Part shown: positions 41,222-50,877 of the stretch, piece by piece
Position numbering within the stretch: the first letter of the stretch is position 1
Layout of the letters: every line of letters starts with the position of its first letter
Source: an uncultured delta proteobacterium
Lineage (GTDB): Bacteria > Myxococcota_A > Polyangia > Palsa-1104
DNA: 64,000 bases
NCBI GenBank assembly: GCA_963785725.1
Contig: CAWAWS010000014.1
Span: forward strand, 320,001 to 384,000
Reading direction: 5' to 3'
The notes under the pieces: generated by a model
Told to the model about the DNA's origin: nothing
The model's input: the letters and a program-made list of their open reading frames with translations, nothing else
The model's database searches: none
Translations under genes and position numbers: made by a program

Positions 41222-42739
41222 TCAGTCGCGCTCGATCGTGAACTTGAACTTGCGATCGAGCGCCTCTTCGGCCAAGTCGCGCTTGCGCCGCGCGCCCCAC
41301 ACTTCGAGCTCGGCGTCGGTGTTGGTCGACAGCGTGACCTCGACCGACTTGTCGCCGATCCGGCAACGCACGCTGCGCACGAGCTGCGCGTAGCTGCGGT
41401 CGAGCCCGTCGGCCAGGCGCAAGAGCGCGCCCAACACGCGCACCTTCTTCTGCGCCGGCGCCGACAGCGCCGCGAACTGCGCGTGCGTGTCTTTCGGCGT
41501 CGCCTTGCGGTGATAGCGGACGAGCTGCGCCAACAGCTGAATCTCGTCGGTGGTGAAGCCTTGCAGATCGGCGTTCTCGATCAAATACGCGCCATGTTTG
41601 TGATGCTTCGAGGCCGCGATGTGAAAGCCGATGTCGTGCAAGAGCGCCGCGAATTCGAGCAGCTCACCGTCGGAGTTCGGCAGATCGTGCAGCGGCCGCA
41701 AGCCACGGAAGAGATCGAGCGCCAGCCGCGCCACATGCTGCGCGTGCGCCTCTTGCGCGTTGCAGCGACGAGCCAGCCGCACCACCGAGCGCCGCCGCAA
41801 GTCCGGATATTCGTCGATGAGCTGGATGCCCGGGCCGTTGCGCGCGGCGTAATCGGCGACGAGCCCTTCGCGCAGCGCCGCTTCGCACAAGACGTAGGCG
41901 TCGGCGTGCACGACCTCGAGCAGCGAGCGCACCAAGATCACGCCCGGCACGATCGAGTCGACGCGCTTGGGATCGAGGCCGGGCAGCTTGAGCCGCTCGG
42001 CCGTCGTCATCGCGCACAGCCGCTGCTCGACGGCATAGACGTCGTTGAACGCGACCGTGCGCGGCTTGTCGGCGCTGGTCGTCGGAATCAGCTCGGCCAC
42101 CGCGCGCGCCGTGCCCGACGTCATGGCCACGAGATCGAACCCGATCTTGCGAATCGCCGCCGTCGGCGCCTCCAGCTGACGGTGCAGCTGCTCCGCGAGC
42201 CGCACGCGCTGATCGGGCGTAATCGGATCGGACGGCGCGTACTGATCGAGCAGCCGCAAGACGCCCAGCTTGAGCGAGGTCGCGTAGTGCGCCTCGCGCG
42301 CGTCACCGACGATGAGCTCGACCGAGCCGCCGCCGATGTCGATGATGAGCGCCTTCTTGCCCGCCAGATTCAGCGCCGCGCGCGCGCCCAAGTAAATGAG
42401 GCGCGCCTCCTGCTCGCCGCGAATGACGGTCAGCTCGATGCCGGTCTCGTCGCGCACGACGCGCACGAAGTCGCCGCCGTTCTCGGCCTCGCGCACCGCC
42501 GACGTGGCGACGGCGATGACGGCGTCGACGCCGGCGCGCTCGGCCTGCGCGCGAAAACGCCGGATGCACTCGGTGGCGCGCGCAAACGCGTCGGGCGCGA
42601 TGACGCCCTTGAACGCGCTGTCGCCGAGGCGCACCATCTCCTTGGCGCGATCGAGCGGCTCCACCTGACCGTCGGCGCCGACGCGCGCGATCAAGAGGTG
42701 AATGGAATTGGTACCGACGTCGAGAGCGGCGATCTTCAC
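41222..42739 (-). CDS. ppx: Ppx/GppA exopolyphosphatase with HD domain
   Basis: LDVGTNS, ATSAVREA, DIGGGSVE, LREG, LHDIG and YHRK. Confidence 0.93.
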   Translation of the reverse strand: MKIAALDVGTNSIHLLIARVGADGQVEPLDRAKEMVRLGDSAFKGVIAPDAFARATECIRRFRAQAERAGVDAVIAVATSAVREAENGGDFVRVVRDETGIELTVIRGEQEARLIYLGARAALNLAGKKALIIDIGGGSVELIVGDAREAHYATSLKLGVLRLLDQYAPSDPITPDQRVRLAEQLHRQLEAPTAAIRKIGFDLVAMTSGTARAVAELIPTTSADKPRTVAFNDVYAVEQRLCAMTTAERLKLPGLDPKRVDSIVPGVILVRSLLEVVHADAYVLCEAALREGLVADYAARNGPGIQLIDEYPDLRRRSVVRLARRCNAQEAHAQHVARLALDLFRGLRPLHDLPNSDGELLEFAALLHDIGFHIAASKHHKHGAYLIENADLQGFTTDEIQLLAQLVRYHRKATPKDTHAQFAALSAPAQKKVRVLGALLRLADGLDRSYAQLVRSVRCRIGDKSVEVTLSTNTDAELEVWGARRKRDLAEEALDRKFKFTIERD

Positions 42740-42748
42740 GGGTCGCCA

Positions 42749-42755
42749 TATACTA
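42749..42755. promoter_or_regulatory. Overlapping bidirectional -10 elements for ppx and aat
   Basis: TATACT (+, 42749-42754) and TAGTAT (-, 42750-42755) in a 21-bp divergent gap. Confidence 0.6.
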
Positions 42756-42760
42756 TCACC

Positions 42761-43420
42761 GTGAAAGCTTGGTGGCAGCGGGCGAGAAGCCCATTCGATC
42801 CCGATCAGGCCGACGAGAACGGCTTGGTCGCGCTAGGCGGCACCCTCGACCCCGATTTGGTGCTCCTGGCGTACCGCGAAGGCGTGTTCCCTTGGTCGTC
42901 CGATCCCGTGATCTCGTGGTGGTCGCCCGATCCGCGCGCGCTCTTCGATCTACAGACGTGGAAGGCGCATCGCTCGATCGGCCAAGCCGTGCGGCGTGGC
43001 AATTGGCACTTCAGCGTCGACAAAGCGTTCGAAAAGGTGATGCGCGCCTGCGCCGCGCCCGCGCCCGGCCGCGAATCGACCTGGATCGGCGAGGACTTCA
43101 TCAAATCCTACGTCGAGCTGCACGCGCGCGGCTTCGCCCACTCCGTCGAGGTCTGGGAAGGCGAGGAGCTCATCGGCGGCCTGTACGGCGTGACCTTGGG
43201 CGGCTTTTTCGGCGGCGAATCGATGTTCAACCGCCGCACCGACGCCTCCAAGGCCGCCGTCATGCACCTGATCGAGCGGCTGCGCGCCAACGGCTACGTC
43301 CTGTGTGACGCGCAGGTGCCGACGCCGCATCTGGAACGCCTAGGCGCCGTAGAGCTTCCGCGCGACGAATACCTGCAGCGGCTCAAGGCCGCGATCCAAG
43401 TGGACGCGACGTTCAAGTAG
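42761..43420 (+). CDS. aat: Leucyl/phenylalanyl-tRNA--protein transferase
   Basis: GLVALGG, AYREGVFPW, WWSPDPR, HSVEVW, GESMF and DASK. Confidence 0.95.
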   Translation: MKAWWQRARSPFDPDQADENGLVALGGTLDPDLVLLAYREGVFPWSSDPVISWWSPDPRALFDLQTWKAHRSIGQAVRRGNWHFSVDKAFEKVMRACAAPAPGRESTWIGEDFIKSYVELHARGFAHSVEVWEGEELIGGLYGVTLGGFFGGESMFNRRTDASKAAVMHLIERLRANGYVLCDAQVPTPHLERLGAVELPRDEYLQRLKAAIQVDATFK

Positions 43421-43964
43421 CGTCGTCGTCGAACCACGCCGGATAGCGGGTCGAGAAGGTCAGCTGTAGATCGTCGAGGTCGGCTCTGCGCGCCGTGGCG
43501 TCGTGCTGCTTGCGCCGCTCGGCCAACGCGGCCACGAAGCGGCCGAAGCGCGCGCCCAACTGCGCCTCGAAGAGCGCGCGCAAACGCCCCGCCAGCGACG
43601 GCGACGCGCCACCGGTCGAGATCGCGATGCGCAAGGGGTCGAGGCGCGCGATGGCCGGCATGGCCACGTCCGATTGCGCCGGATCGTCGCTGCACCAGAC
43701 GATCGCATGGCGCGCGCGCGCGGCTTGCGCCACCCGTGCGGCCAACGCCGGCTCGCGCGTGGTCACGAGCACGAGCCGCGCGCCGTCGACGTCGCCGTCG
43801 ACGAACGCATCGGGCGCGACTTGGCGCACGCGCGCGCCCGAATCGACGAGCAGCGCGCGTTTACGCGCCGCATCGTCGTCGCCAGCGTCCGGCGCGCCGA
43901 CGAGCAGCACCGTCGCGCCTTCGACATCGAATGTGAGGGGAAATCCGAGCGACTCGGCGCGCAT
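43413..43964 (-). CDS. Precorrin-2 dehydrogenase/ferrochelatase (CysG N-terminal/SirC-like)
   Basis: FPL..DV....VLLVG, DDP..SD..MPA and IAISTGGASPSLA. Confidence 0.85.
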   Translation of the reverse strand: MRAESLGFPLTFDVEGATVLLVGAPDAGDDDAARKRALLVDSGARVRQVAPDAFVDGDVDGARLVLVTTREPALAARVAQAARARHAIVWCSDDPAQSDVAMPAIARLDPLRIAISTGGASPSLAGRLRALFEAQLGARFGRFVAALAERRKQHDATARRADLDDLQLTFSTRYPAWFDDDAT

Positions 43965-44004
43965 GCTTGCAGTCTACGCGCGCGCCGAGCCTGACGCTGC
44001 TCGC

Positions 44005-44301
44005 TTACGGGACGATGCCGACGCACTCGGTGGCGCAGTTGAACGTCGCCGACGCGCAGCTCTTGTCGCCGAGGCAGCTGTCGCAGTCGTCGGCCTTGGA
44101 CATGTAGTTCGCGTCGCTGTTCGCGTTGTCCTTGCACTTCGTGGTGCAGCTGTCGACGTCGTAGGACTTGTCGTAGCAGTCCGAATAGCGCTGGCAAATG
44201 CCGCTGCAGTCGATCTCGTTCTTGATGTGATCGCAGCCCATCGTCGTCAACGCGCCGGCCATCATCACGCTTGCAGTCACGATCCAGATCTTCTTGAACA
44301 T
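44005..44301 (-). CDS. Small Cys-rich lipoprotein
   Basis: AGGAG RBS; signal ending TTMGC; 10 further Cys in ~75 aa. Confidence 0.85.
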   Translation of the reverse strand: MFKKIWIVTASVMMAGALTTMGCDHIKNEIDCSGICQRYSDCYDKSYDVDSCTTKCKDNANSDANYMSKADDCDSCLGDKSCASATFNCATECVGIVP

Positions 44302-44350
44302 CCCGATTCTCCTGAGTTTAACGTTCGAGTAAGCGACAGCTCGAACGCTA

Positions 44351-44366
44351 AGCAGGCAGCGTGCCA
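44351..44366 (-). promoter_or_regulatory. sigma54 promoter of the Cys-rich lipoprotein gene
   Basis: Minus strand TGGCAC-GCTGC-CTGCT with GG-N10-GC spacing. Confidence 0.7.
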
Positions 44367-44463
44367 CGCGCTGCGTCAGGAGTTTGCGGCGTCAGCCCGT
44401 GACGATCGGAACGCGGTTCCCGTTCCAGTGGAACTTTGCTTCCACGAGTGGTCCAAAAATGCG

Positions 44464-45360
44464 CTACTGCGTCAGCTTTTGAACGACCGCATCGACGAGC
44501 GACCAATAGTCCTTGATCTCGGCCGTCGCACCGACGTCACTCGGCATGACGAGCGCCTTGGCGCCCGCTTTGTCGGCCACGAGCTCGACGGTATTTCGCG
44601 GGTAGAACGACTCCATCAAGATCAGCTTCACGTTTTCGCGGCGCATGAGCCCGATGAGCTGCGCGATATGCGACGGCGGCGCCGGAATGCCCGGCTTCGG
44701 CTCGACGTAGCCGACCTCCTGTAGGCCGAGCCACTTCGACACGTAGCTCCAGCTCTTGTGGTAGGTGACGATCTTCGTGCCGCGCAAACCGGCGGCGCGC
44801 TTCTCCCAGCCTTGGCGGCGTTGCTGAAGGTCGGCGAGGAACTTGGCCAAGTTGGCGTCGTAGGTCGCTTTGCCGGCCGGATCGAGCTGGTCGAGCCGCT
44901 CGCCGATCTCGCGCGCGACGATGGCGGCGTTGTCGGGCGCGATCCAATAGTGCGGGTTGCCTTGCGGGTGAATGTCGCCGAGCGAGCGATCGACCTTGGT
45001 CGCCGGCACGTCGAGCACCGGAATCTGCGTCGAGGCGTCGAGATTTCCCGGCATGCCGAGCGTGATCTTCTCGTTGCGCGAGCCGAGCACGAGCGGCGGC
45101 AGCCAACCGATCTCCAGCTCGAGCCCGACGTGCACCAGCAGCTCGGCGCGGTTCAGATCGATCACCAGCGACGGCTTGGGCTCGACGAAGTGCGGATCCA
45201 TGTAGCCGTGCGACAGCGCCTTGACCTCGACGCGATCGCCGCCGACCTTGCGCGCCAGATCGGCGAACGTCTCGATCGTCGTCACGACGTGCACTTTGGC
45301 TTGCGCCGACGAAGCGACGACGAAGCTGCCCAAGATCGCCAAGAGGAGTTTGGTTTTCAT
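44464..45360 (-). CDS. Zn/Mn ABC transporter substrate-binding protein (ZnuA-like)
   Basis: VVTT, MDPHFVEPKPS, GNPHYW and YHKSWSY. Confidence 0.92.
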   Translation of the reverse strand: MKTKLLLAILGSFVVASSAQAKVHVVTTIETFADLARKVGGDRVEVKALSHGYMDPHFVEPKPSLVIDLNRAELLVHVGLELEIGWLPPLVLGSRNEKITLGMPGNLDASTQIPVLDVPATKVDRSLGDIHPQGNPHYWIAPDNAAIVAREIGERLDQLDPAGKATYDANLAKFLADLQQRRQGWEKRAAGLRGTKIVTYHKSWSYVSKWLGLQEVGYVEPKPGIPAPPSHIAQLIGLMRRENVKLILMESFYPRNTVELVADKAGAKALVMPSDVGATAEIKDYWSLVDAVVQKLTQ

Positions 45361-45366
45361 GATCCC

Positions 45367-46752
45367 TTAGAAAGGATGGGCGCCGTGCGCGCCGATGGCC
45401 GCTTCCAATTGTAAAAATGCCGCTTCCGACAGTCGCGGCGAGCGCGGCGTCGGGTCGAGCGGCAAGAAGCGCTGGCCGTAGCGAACCTCGCCGTAGATGC
45501 GGATGCGCGCGAACTCCGACAGCTGCCAGGTCAAGCTGGCGTCGCCGGCGTATTCGCGGTGAATGCTGTCGCCCGACGGCAAGCCCATGATCTCGCCGCG
45601 CAGGCCGACGAACCAGCGCCGATGCGCCTGCACGACGACCTGCGAATAGAGGCCGCCTTCGAGCTGCGGCCGCTTGAAGCCGCCCAACACCAGATCGGGA
45701 ATTTGCCGCAGGAAATACTCGCTCTGCCACGCCACCGACGCGTAGCTGCGCGCTTGATTGACCGGCTTCCACTTGAAGTACAAGTCGGCGCCGTAGAGGT
45801 TGTCGTAATAGTTGTCGTAGGCCGTATTTCCCGACGCCGTCGACGGAACGACGTCGTTGGCGGTCACGCTCTGCGAGGTCTTGCCGTGCGCGTAGTTGAG
45901 CCCGGCGTAGAGCGACATGGTGTCGCTGAGCGGGAAGAACGCGCGCGCCGTGGCGAGATAGGTGAAGTCCCAGCGCTGGCCGCCGCCGAAGGTCTGCAGC
46001 GGCTCGTTCGCCTCGGCCGGATCGACCGAGAACATCGAGTAGGCGAGCACGAGATAGAACGGCAAGTTGGGCACGAGCCAGTTGATCTCGAGGCCGGGCG
46101 AGCGCAGACCGTCGACGCCGAGCAGCTCGGTGTTGAGCAGCGGACGGCGCGTAAAGTCCTGCAAATGGAGATGCTGCGCGTTCTGGCGACCGAGGCCGGC
46201 GCGGAAAATACCGGCTTTGATCTGCAGATTCCACGGCAAGTGCGTGGTCGTGAGGAAGGCCTCTTCCACTTCGATGCCCGACAAATTGGGGATCGTCAGG
46301 AAGATGTCGGCGCGAAAATAGGGATCGACGACGGCTTGCAGCGCCAGCTCGACCTCTTGGATCTTGAAGCCCGTCGATTGCGGATCGTCGCCCGCTTTGA
46401 TCGTGCCTTGGTCGTCGGAGAACCAGCCGGCGGCGAAGTCGACGATGGCGCTGACGTCGGGGTTGAGGCTCTGGAACATGCGGCCGAGCGCCGGGCCGAA
46501 GCCGGCTGACGACTGCGGCGCGCCCGGCGTCGACGGCGAATTGGCGGCGGCAGCGGCGGCCGCGCTCGACGCCGCCTGCTTCTTGGCGGCGGCGGCGGTG
46601 TCGGCTTGCAGCGCGCGGGCGATCTCGGCTTCGTCGACGGCGGACGCGGCGCCGCCGTCGCCGAGCGGCGCGCCGCCGTCGACGGCCGACTGCGCGAACG
46701 CGGGCGCCGCACACGCTGCAACTGCTAGGGCGACTAGGATTTGGCGCGTCAT
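45367..46752 (-). CDS. Outer-membrane beta-barrel protein in the metal ABC operon
   Basis: Signal peptide; NPDVSAI, EVELALQAVVDPYF, QHLH and C-terminal GAHGAHPF. Confidence 0.8.
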   Translation of the reverse strand: MTRQILVALAVAACAAPAFAQSAVDGGAPLGDGGAASAVDEAEIARALQADTAAAAKKQAASSAAAAAAANSPSTPGAPQSSAGFGPALGRMFQSLNPDVSAIVDFAAGWFSDDQGTIKAGDDPQSTGFKIQEVELALQAVVDPYFRADIFLTIPNLSGIEVEEAFLTTTHLPWNLQIKAGIFRAGLGRQNAQHLHLQDFTRRPLLNTELLGVDGLRSPGLEINWLVPNLPFYLVLAYSMFSVDPAEANEPLQTFGGGQRWDFTYLATARAFFPLSDTMSLYAGLNYAHGKTSQSVTANDVVPSTASGNTAYDNYYDNLYGADLYFKWKPVNQARSYASVAWQSEYFLRQIPDLVLGGFKRPQLEGGLYSQVVVQAHRRWFVGLRGEIMGLPSGDSIHREYAGDASLTWQLSEFARIRIYGEVRYGQRFLPLDPTPRSPRLSEAAFLQLEAAIGAHGAHPF

Positions 46753-47609
46753 TGTCCCTTGAGCTTCAAGCGAATGAGGCCCGGCACGAGGAACAGCGCC
46801 GAGACGACCACCATCGAAGCGCCCGTCGGCAGCGACCAGCGGAACGAGGCGTAATAGCCGACGAAGGCCGAGATGACGCCGATGACGACGGAGATGACGA
46901 AGACCGTCCACAGTCGCTCGCCGAGCAAGAGCGCGACCGCCGGCGGGATGACCATGAACGCGAACACGGGCAGGGCGCCGATGGCGCGCGTCGAGACCGA
47001 GATGGCGACGGCGAACGTCAGAAAGAGCAGCAGCGACCAGCCGCGCGTCTTCAGGCCGAGCGTGCGCGCCATCTCCGGGTCGAAGACGGTGAAGACGAAC
47101 TCCTTCGAGAACAGCCCGTGGATGATGGCGACGACGATGGCGGCCGCGGCCATGATCTTCAGCTGCGATTGCGTGGCGACGACGGCGTTGCCGTAGAGCA
47201 GATCGTTCACCTCGTGCGCTTCTTGCGTCACGCGCGGCGAGTTGAGGATGAGGATGACCGACGCGGCGGCGATGAGATAGCCGAGCCCGACGACCGTCTC
47301 GCCGGCCAGCCGCCGCGAGCCCAAATTGAGCGAGAACAGCGCCGCGCCCAACGCTGCGAACGCGGTCGCGTACCACAGCGGATGCAGCCACAAGGGCGCG
47401 GCGTGCGGCTCGACGCCGACGACCGAGCACAAGAAGAACGCCAGCGCGACGCCGACGCCCGACGCCTGCGACATCGCCGCCGAGACGAAGACGACGCGCT
47501 TCAAGACGATGTAGACGCCGACGAAGCTGCACAAGCCGGCGGCGATGATGGCGACGACGACGATGTCGCTCCACAGCTGCCAAGATTCCCAGAAGCCGAC
47601 GTCGCTCAT
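46749..47609 (-). CDS. Zn/Mn ABC transporter permease (ZnuB-like)
   Basis: GVYIVLKR.VF, LLYGN, FDPEMA and VIPP; multiple TM helices. Confidence 0.92.
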   Translation of the reverse strand: MSDVGFWESWQLWSDIVVVAIIAAGLCSFVGVYIVLKRVVFVSAAMSQASGVGVALAFFLCSVVGVEPHAAPLWLHPLWYATAFAALGAALFSLNLGSRRLAGETVVGLGYLIAAASVILILNSPRVTQEAHEVNDLLYGNAVVATQSQLKIMAAAAIVVAIIHGLFSKEFVFTVFDPEMARTLGLKTRGWSLLLFLTFAVAISVSTRAIGALPVFAFMVIPPAVALLLGERLWTVFVISVVIGVISAFVGYYASFRWSLPTGASMVVVSALFLVPGLIRLKLKGQ

Positions 47610-47610
47610 T

Positions 47611-48384
47611 TTACAGTTTGTGCTCGGCGGAGTCGTGGCGATGGGCGACGAAGATGACGCTGTGGCCGTCGACGGCGCGCACGACGATGGGCTTTTCGTA
47701 GATCTTCGACAGCCGCTCCGACGTCAAGAGCTCGGCGCGATTGCCGACGACGACCGGGTGACCTTTGCCGGCCATGACCACGAGCTTCTCGACGTGATCG
47801 GAGACGGCGCCGAGCTGATGCGAGATGAGCACGACGGCGATGCCGCGCGTCGTGAACGAGCGCACGAGGTCGAGCATGGCGCGCTCGGACGGCAGATCCA
47901 TGCCGGTCGTCGGCTCGTCGAGCACGAGGATCTCGGGCTCGGCCGCGAGCGCGCGGGCGACGAGCACGCGCTGCCGTTGACCGCCCGACAGCGCGTGAAA
48001 CTGCTGCTCGGCGAGCTCGAGCGCGCCGACGTCGGCGAGCGCGGCGCGCGTGCGCTCGACGTCGTTGGCTTTGGCGCGGCGGCCGAACCCGATGAGGCCG
48101 TAGCGACCCATGAGCGCGACTTCGTAAGCGGTGAGCGGGAAGCTGACGTCGACGCTGGCGCGCTGCGGGACGTAGCCGAAGCGCGGACGGCGCGCGGGAA
48201 ACACGATGTTGCCGGCGAGCGGCGGCAACAGGCCGAGCATCGTGCGAATGAGCGTCGTCTTGCCGCTGCCGTTGGGGCCGACGATGCCGATGGCGTCGCC
48301 GGCGTCGACCTCGAGATCGATGGGCGGCAGCACCGGCTTCTTGTGATAGCCGACGGCGACTTGGCGCAGCTGTAGCAGGCTCAC
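47611..48384 (-). CDS. Zn/Mn ABC transporter ATPase (ZnuC-like)
   Basis: GPNGSGKT, GYVPQ, LSGGQRQR and LDEPT. Confidence 0.93.
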   Translation of the reverse strand: MSLLQLRQVAVGYHKKPVLPPIDLEVDAGDAIGIVGPNGSGKTTLIRTMLGLLPPLAGNIVFPARRPRFGYVPQRASVDVSFPLTAYEVALMGRYGLIGFGRRAKANDVERTRAALADVGALELAEQQFHALSGGQRQRVLVARALAAEPEILVLDEPTTGMDLPSERAMLDLVRSFTTRGIAVVLISHQLGAVSDHVEKLVVMAGKGHPVVVGNRAELLTSERLSKIYEKPIVVRAVDGHSVIFVAHRHDSAEHKL

Positions 48385-48394
48385 GAGCGCGTTC

Positions 48395-48823
48395 TCACGT
48401 AGGATTCGCTTCCACCAGCGTCTTGAAGCGCGCCATCGATTGGTGCACCTCGTCGTCGAGCCGCGCCAGCAGCGGACCGGCGATGAGCCGCGCGCCGAGC
48501 CCGCTGAACTCCTCGCGCGACGTCACGCGCGTCAACCCGGGCGCGTGCGTGCCGAAGACGAACGAGTGATTGCCGCGCACGCCCAATTTGCCGCCGACCC
48601 AGCGCACGCGCTCGGCCGGCACCAATTCCTCGACGGTGATGTGGATCGGCAGGTTGGCCGGGCCGGCGCCCATTTGCAGCGTCATGCGCGCGCCCAGCTC
48701 CAGCTCGCCCGAAACCGAGCGCAGGAACGGGAACCAGCGCGGCCAGCGCGTGAGGTCGGCGAAGACGCGCCAGCAACTTTCGGGCGTCGCGGCGACGTCA
48801 ACGGCGTGGTGGACGATCGGCAT
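48395..48823 (-). CDS. SRPBCC/START-domain protein
   Basis: [22 protein letters not shown]-terminus; C-terminal helix; 142 aa. Confidence 0.8.
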   Translation of the reverse strand: MPIVHHAVDVAATPESCWRVFADLTRWPRWFPFLRSVSGELELGARMTLQMGAGPANLPIHITVEELVPAERVRWVGGKLGVRGNHSFVFGTHAPGLTRVTSREEFSGLGARLIAGPLLARLDDEVHQSMARFKTLVEANPT

Positions 48824-48876
48824 CGGCGCGGACTCTACCGCACCTCCGATTCCGTGACTATACTGGCGCCTCGCCC

Positions 48877-49992
48877 ATGGCTCGCAAACCGAAAGCGCCC
48901 GCGTCCGCGCCGGCCGACGAAGCTGTCGATGCCGAGCTGGTGGACGGCGACGATCCCGTTGAAGTCGAGCCCAGCGACGACGCCGAGCCCGACGTCGTAG
49001 AGCTGGGCGACCCAGCCGACATTGATGCCGCCGCCGATCTGGCGCTGCCTGAGCTCGACGACGATGACGAGGTCGTGCCGCCGCGCAACGCGCTCGTGCC
49101 GGTCGAGCGTGGCAGTCGCTCGTTGGCGCGGCTCGATCCGCTGCAGCTCTATATCGCCGACATTCGCCGCTACGCTTTGTTGACGCGCGAAGAAGAGCAC
49201 GAGCTGGCGGTGAAGTATCAAGAGACGGGCGACGTCGAAGCGGCGCGGCGGCTGGTGACCTCGAACCTGCGGCTGGTCGTCAAGATCGCGCACGAATATC
49301 GCCGCGCCCATCGCACGCTGCTCGACCTCATCCAAGAGGGCAACGTCGGGCTCGTGCAGGCGGTCAAGAAGTACGATCCCTATCGCGGCGTCAAGCTGTC
49401 GTCGTACGCGGCCTGGTGGATTCGCGCGTACATGCTCAAGCACATCTTGAACAACTGGCGCTTGGTCAAGATCGGAACGACGCAGGCGCAGCGCAAGCTC
49501 TTCTTCAACCTCAAGAAGGAGAAGGACAAGCTGGAGGCGCTGGGGTTCGACGCGTCGTCGAAGGCGCTGGCCGACGTGATGCAAGTGCCGGAGCGCGAAG
49601 TCATCGACATGGAGCGCCGGCTCGGCCAGGGCGAGATGTCGCTCGACGCGCCGCTCGGCAAAGACGACGACTCGGGCCGCTCGCACCTCGACATGCTGGA
49701 ATCGGCGGGTGACACGCGGCCCGACGTGCGCGCCGAAGGCGACGAATTCCGCGCCATGTTGCGCGCGAAGCTGGAAGCGTTCGCGCAGACGCTGCACGGA
49801 CGCGAGCTCACGATCTTCCAAGAGCGGCTGCTCACCGACTCGCCCAAAACGCTGCAGGACATCGGCGAGAGCTACGGCATCAGCCGCGAGCGTGCGCGCC
49901 AGCTGGAGAAGCGGTTGACCGACAAGCTGAAGAAATATTTGCAGGCCGAGCTGGGCGACGCGGTGCAGATCGCCATGGGCCTCGAAGAGTGA
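48877..49992 (+). CDS. RpoH (sigma32)-family RNA polymerase sigma factor
   Basis: [31 protein letters not shown], RpoH box QRKLFFNL and [10 protein letters not shown]. Confidence 0.92.
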   Translation: MARKPKAPASAPADEAVDAELVDGDDPVEVEPSDDAEPDVVELGDPADIDAAADLALPELDDDDEVVPPRNALVPVERGSRSLARLDPLQLYIADIRRYALLTREEEHELAVKYQETGDVEAARRLVTSNLRLVVKIAHEYRRAHRTLLDLIQEGNVGLVQAVKKYDPYRGVKLSSYAAWWIRAYMLKHILNNWRLVKIGTTQAQRKLFFNLKKEKDKLEALGFDASSKALADVMQVPEREVIDMERRLGQGEMSLDAPLGKDDDSGRSHLDMLESAGDTRPDVRAEGDEFRAMLRAKLEAFAQTLHGRELTIFQERLLTDSPKTLQDIGESYGISRERARQLEKRLTDKLKKYLQAELGDAVQIAMGLEE

Positions 49993-50876
49993 CCGACGCG
50001 GGCAGTCACGAGCCGCCGGACGCGGACGAAAAAGCCGGGCCGACCGGCACGCTTTACGTCGTCGCCACGCCGATCGGCAATCTCGAGGACATGACCTTGC
50101 GCGCGGTGCGGATCCTGCGCGAAGTGTCGGTCATCGCTGCCGAGGACACGCGCTCGGCGCAGCATCTGTTGACGCACTTCGAGATCGCGCGGCCGACGAT
50201 TGTCAGCTTCTTCGAGGGCAACGAAGCCGGTCGCACCGAGCATCTCCTGGCCAAGCTGGGCGCGGGCGAAGACGTCGCCGTCATCTCCGAAGCGGGCACG
50301 CCGGCGGTGTCCGATCCGGGCGCGCGCCTCGTGCAATCGGCGGTGGCGGCGGGCGTGCGCGTCGTGCCGATTCCGGGCGCATCGGCCGTGTTGTCGGCGC
50401 TGGTCGCGTCGGGCTTGCCGACCGACAGCTTCTTGTTCGTCGGCTTTCCCGCGCGCGACGGCGGCCCGCGGCTGCAGTCGTTCGCGCGGCTGCGCGCGCA
50501 AGAGGCGACGCTGGTGTTCTACGAGGCGCCCAACCGCACGGCGGCGACGCTCGCGGATCTGGCGGCGGCGCTGGGCGACGAGCGCCGCGCGTGCGTGGCG
50601 CGCGAGCTGACCAAAGTGCACGAGGAGCTCATTCGCGGCACGCTGCACGACTTGGCGCAGCGGTTCGCCGAGGCGGCGCCGCGCGGCGAGGTCACGATCG
50701 TCGTCGAGGGCGCGCAAGCGGCGACGGAAGAGGCGGCGATCGACGTCGAGGCCGAAGTGCGCCGCCGGCTCGCCAGCGGCGAAGGCGCCAAAGAGATCGC
50801 CGCCGCGCTGGCGCTGGCGACGGGCAAGCCGCGCCGGCAGATCTACCAGCTCGCCGTCGCCCTCAAACGCGATTGA
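49989..50876 (+). CDS. rsmI: 16S rRNA (cytidine1402-2'-O)-methyltransferase
   Basis: [36 protein letters not shown] and RELTKVHEE. Confidence 0.96.
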   Translation: MTDAGSHEPPDADEKAGPTGTLYVVATPIGNLEDMTLRAVRILREVSVIAAEDTRSAQHLLTHFEIARPTIVSFFEGNEAGRTEHLLAKLGAGEDVAVISEAGTPAVSDPGARLVQSAVAAGVRVVPIPGASAVLSALVASGLPTDSFLFVGFPARDGGPRLQSFARLRAQEATLVFYEAPNRTAATLADLAAALGDERRACVARELTKVHEELIRGTLHDLAQRFAEAAPRGEVTIVVEGAQAATEEAAIDVEAEVRRRLASGEGAKEIAAALALATGKPRRQIYQLAVALKRD

Positions 50877-50877
50877 A

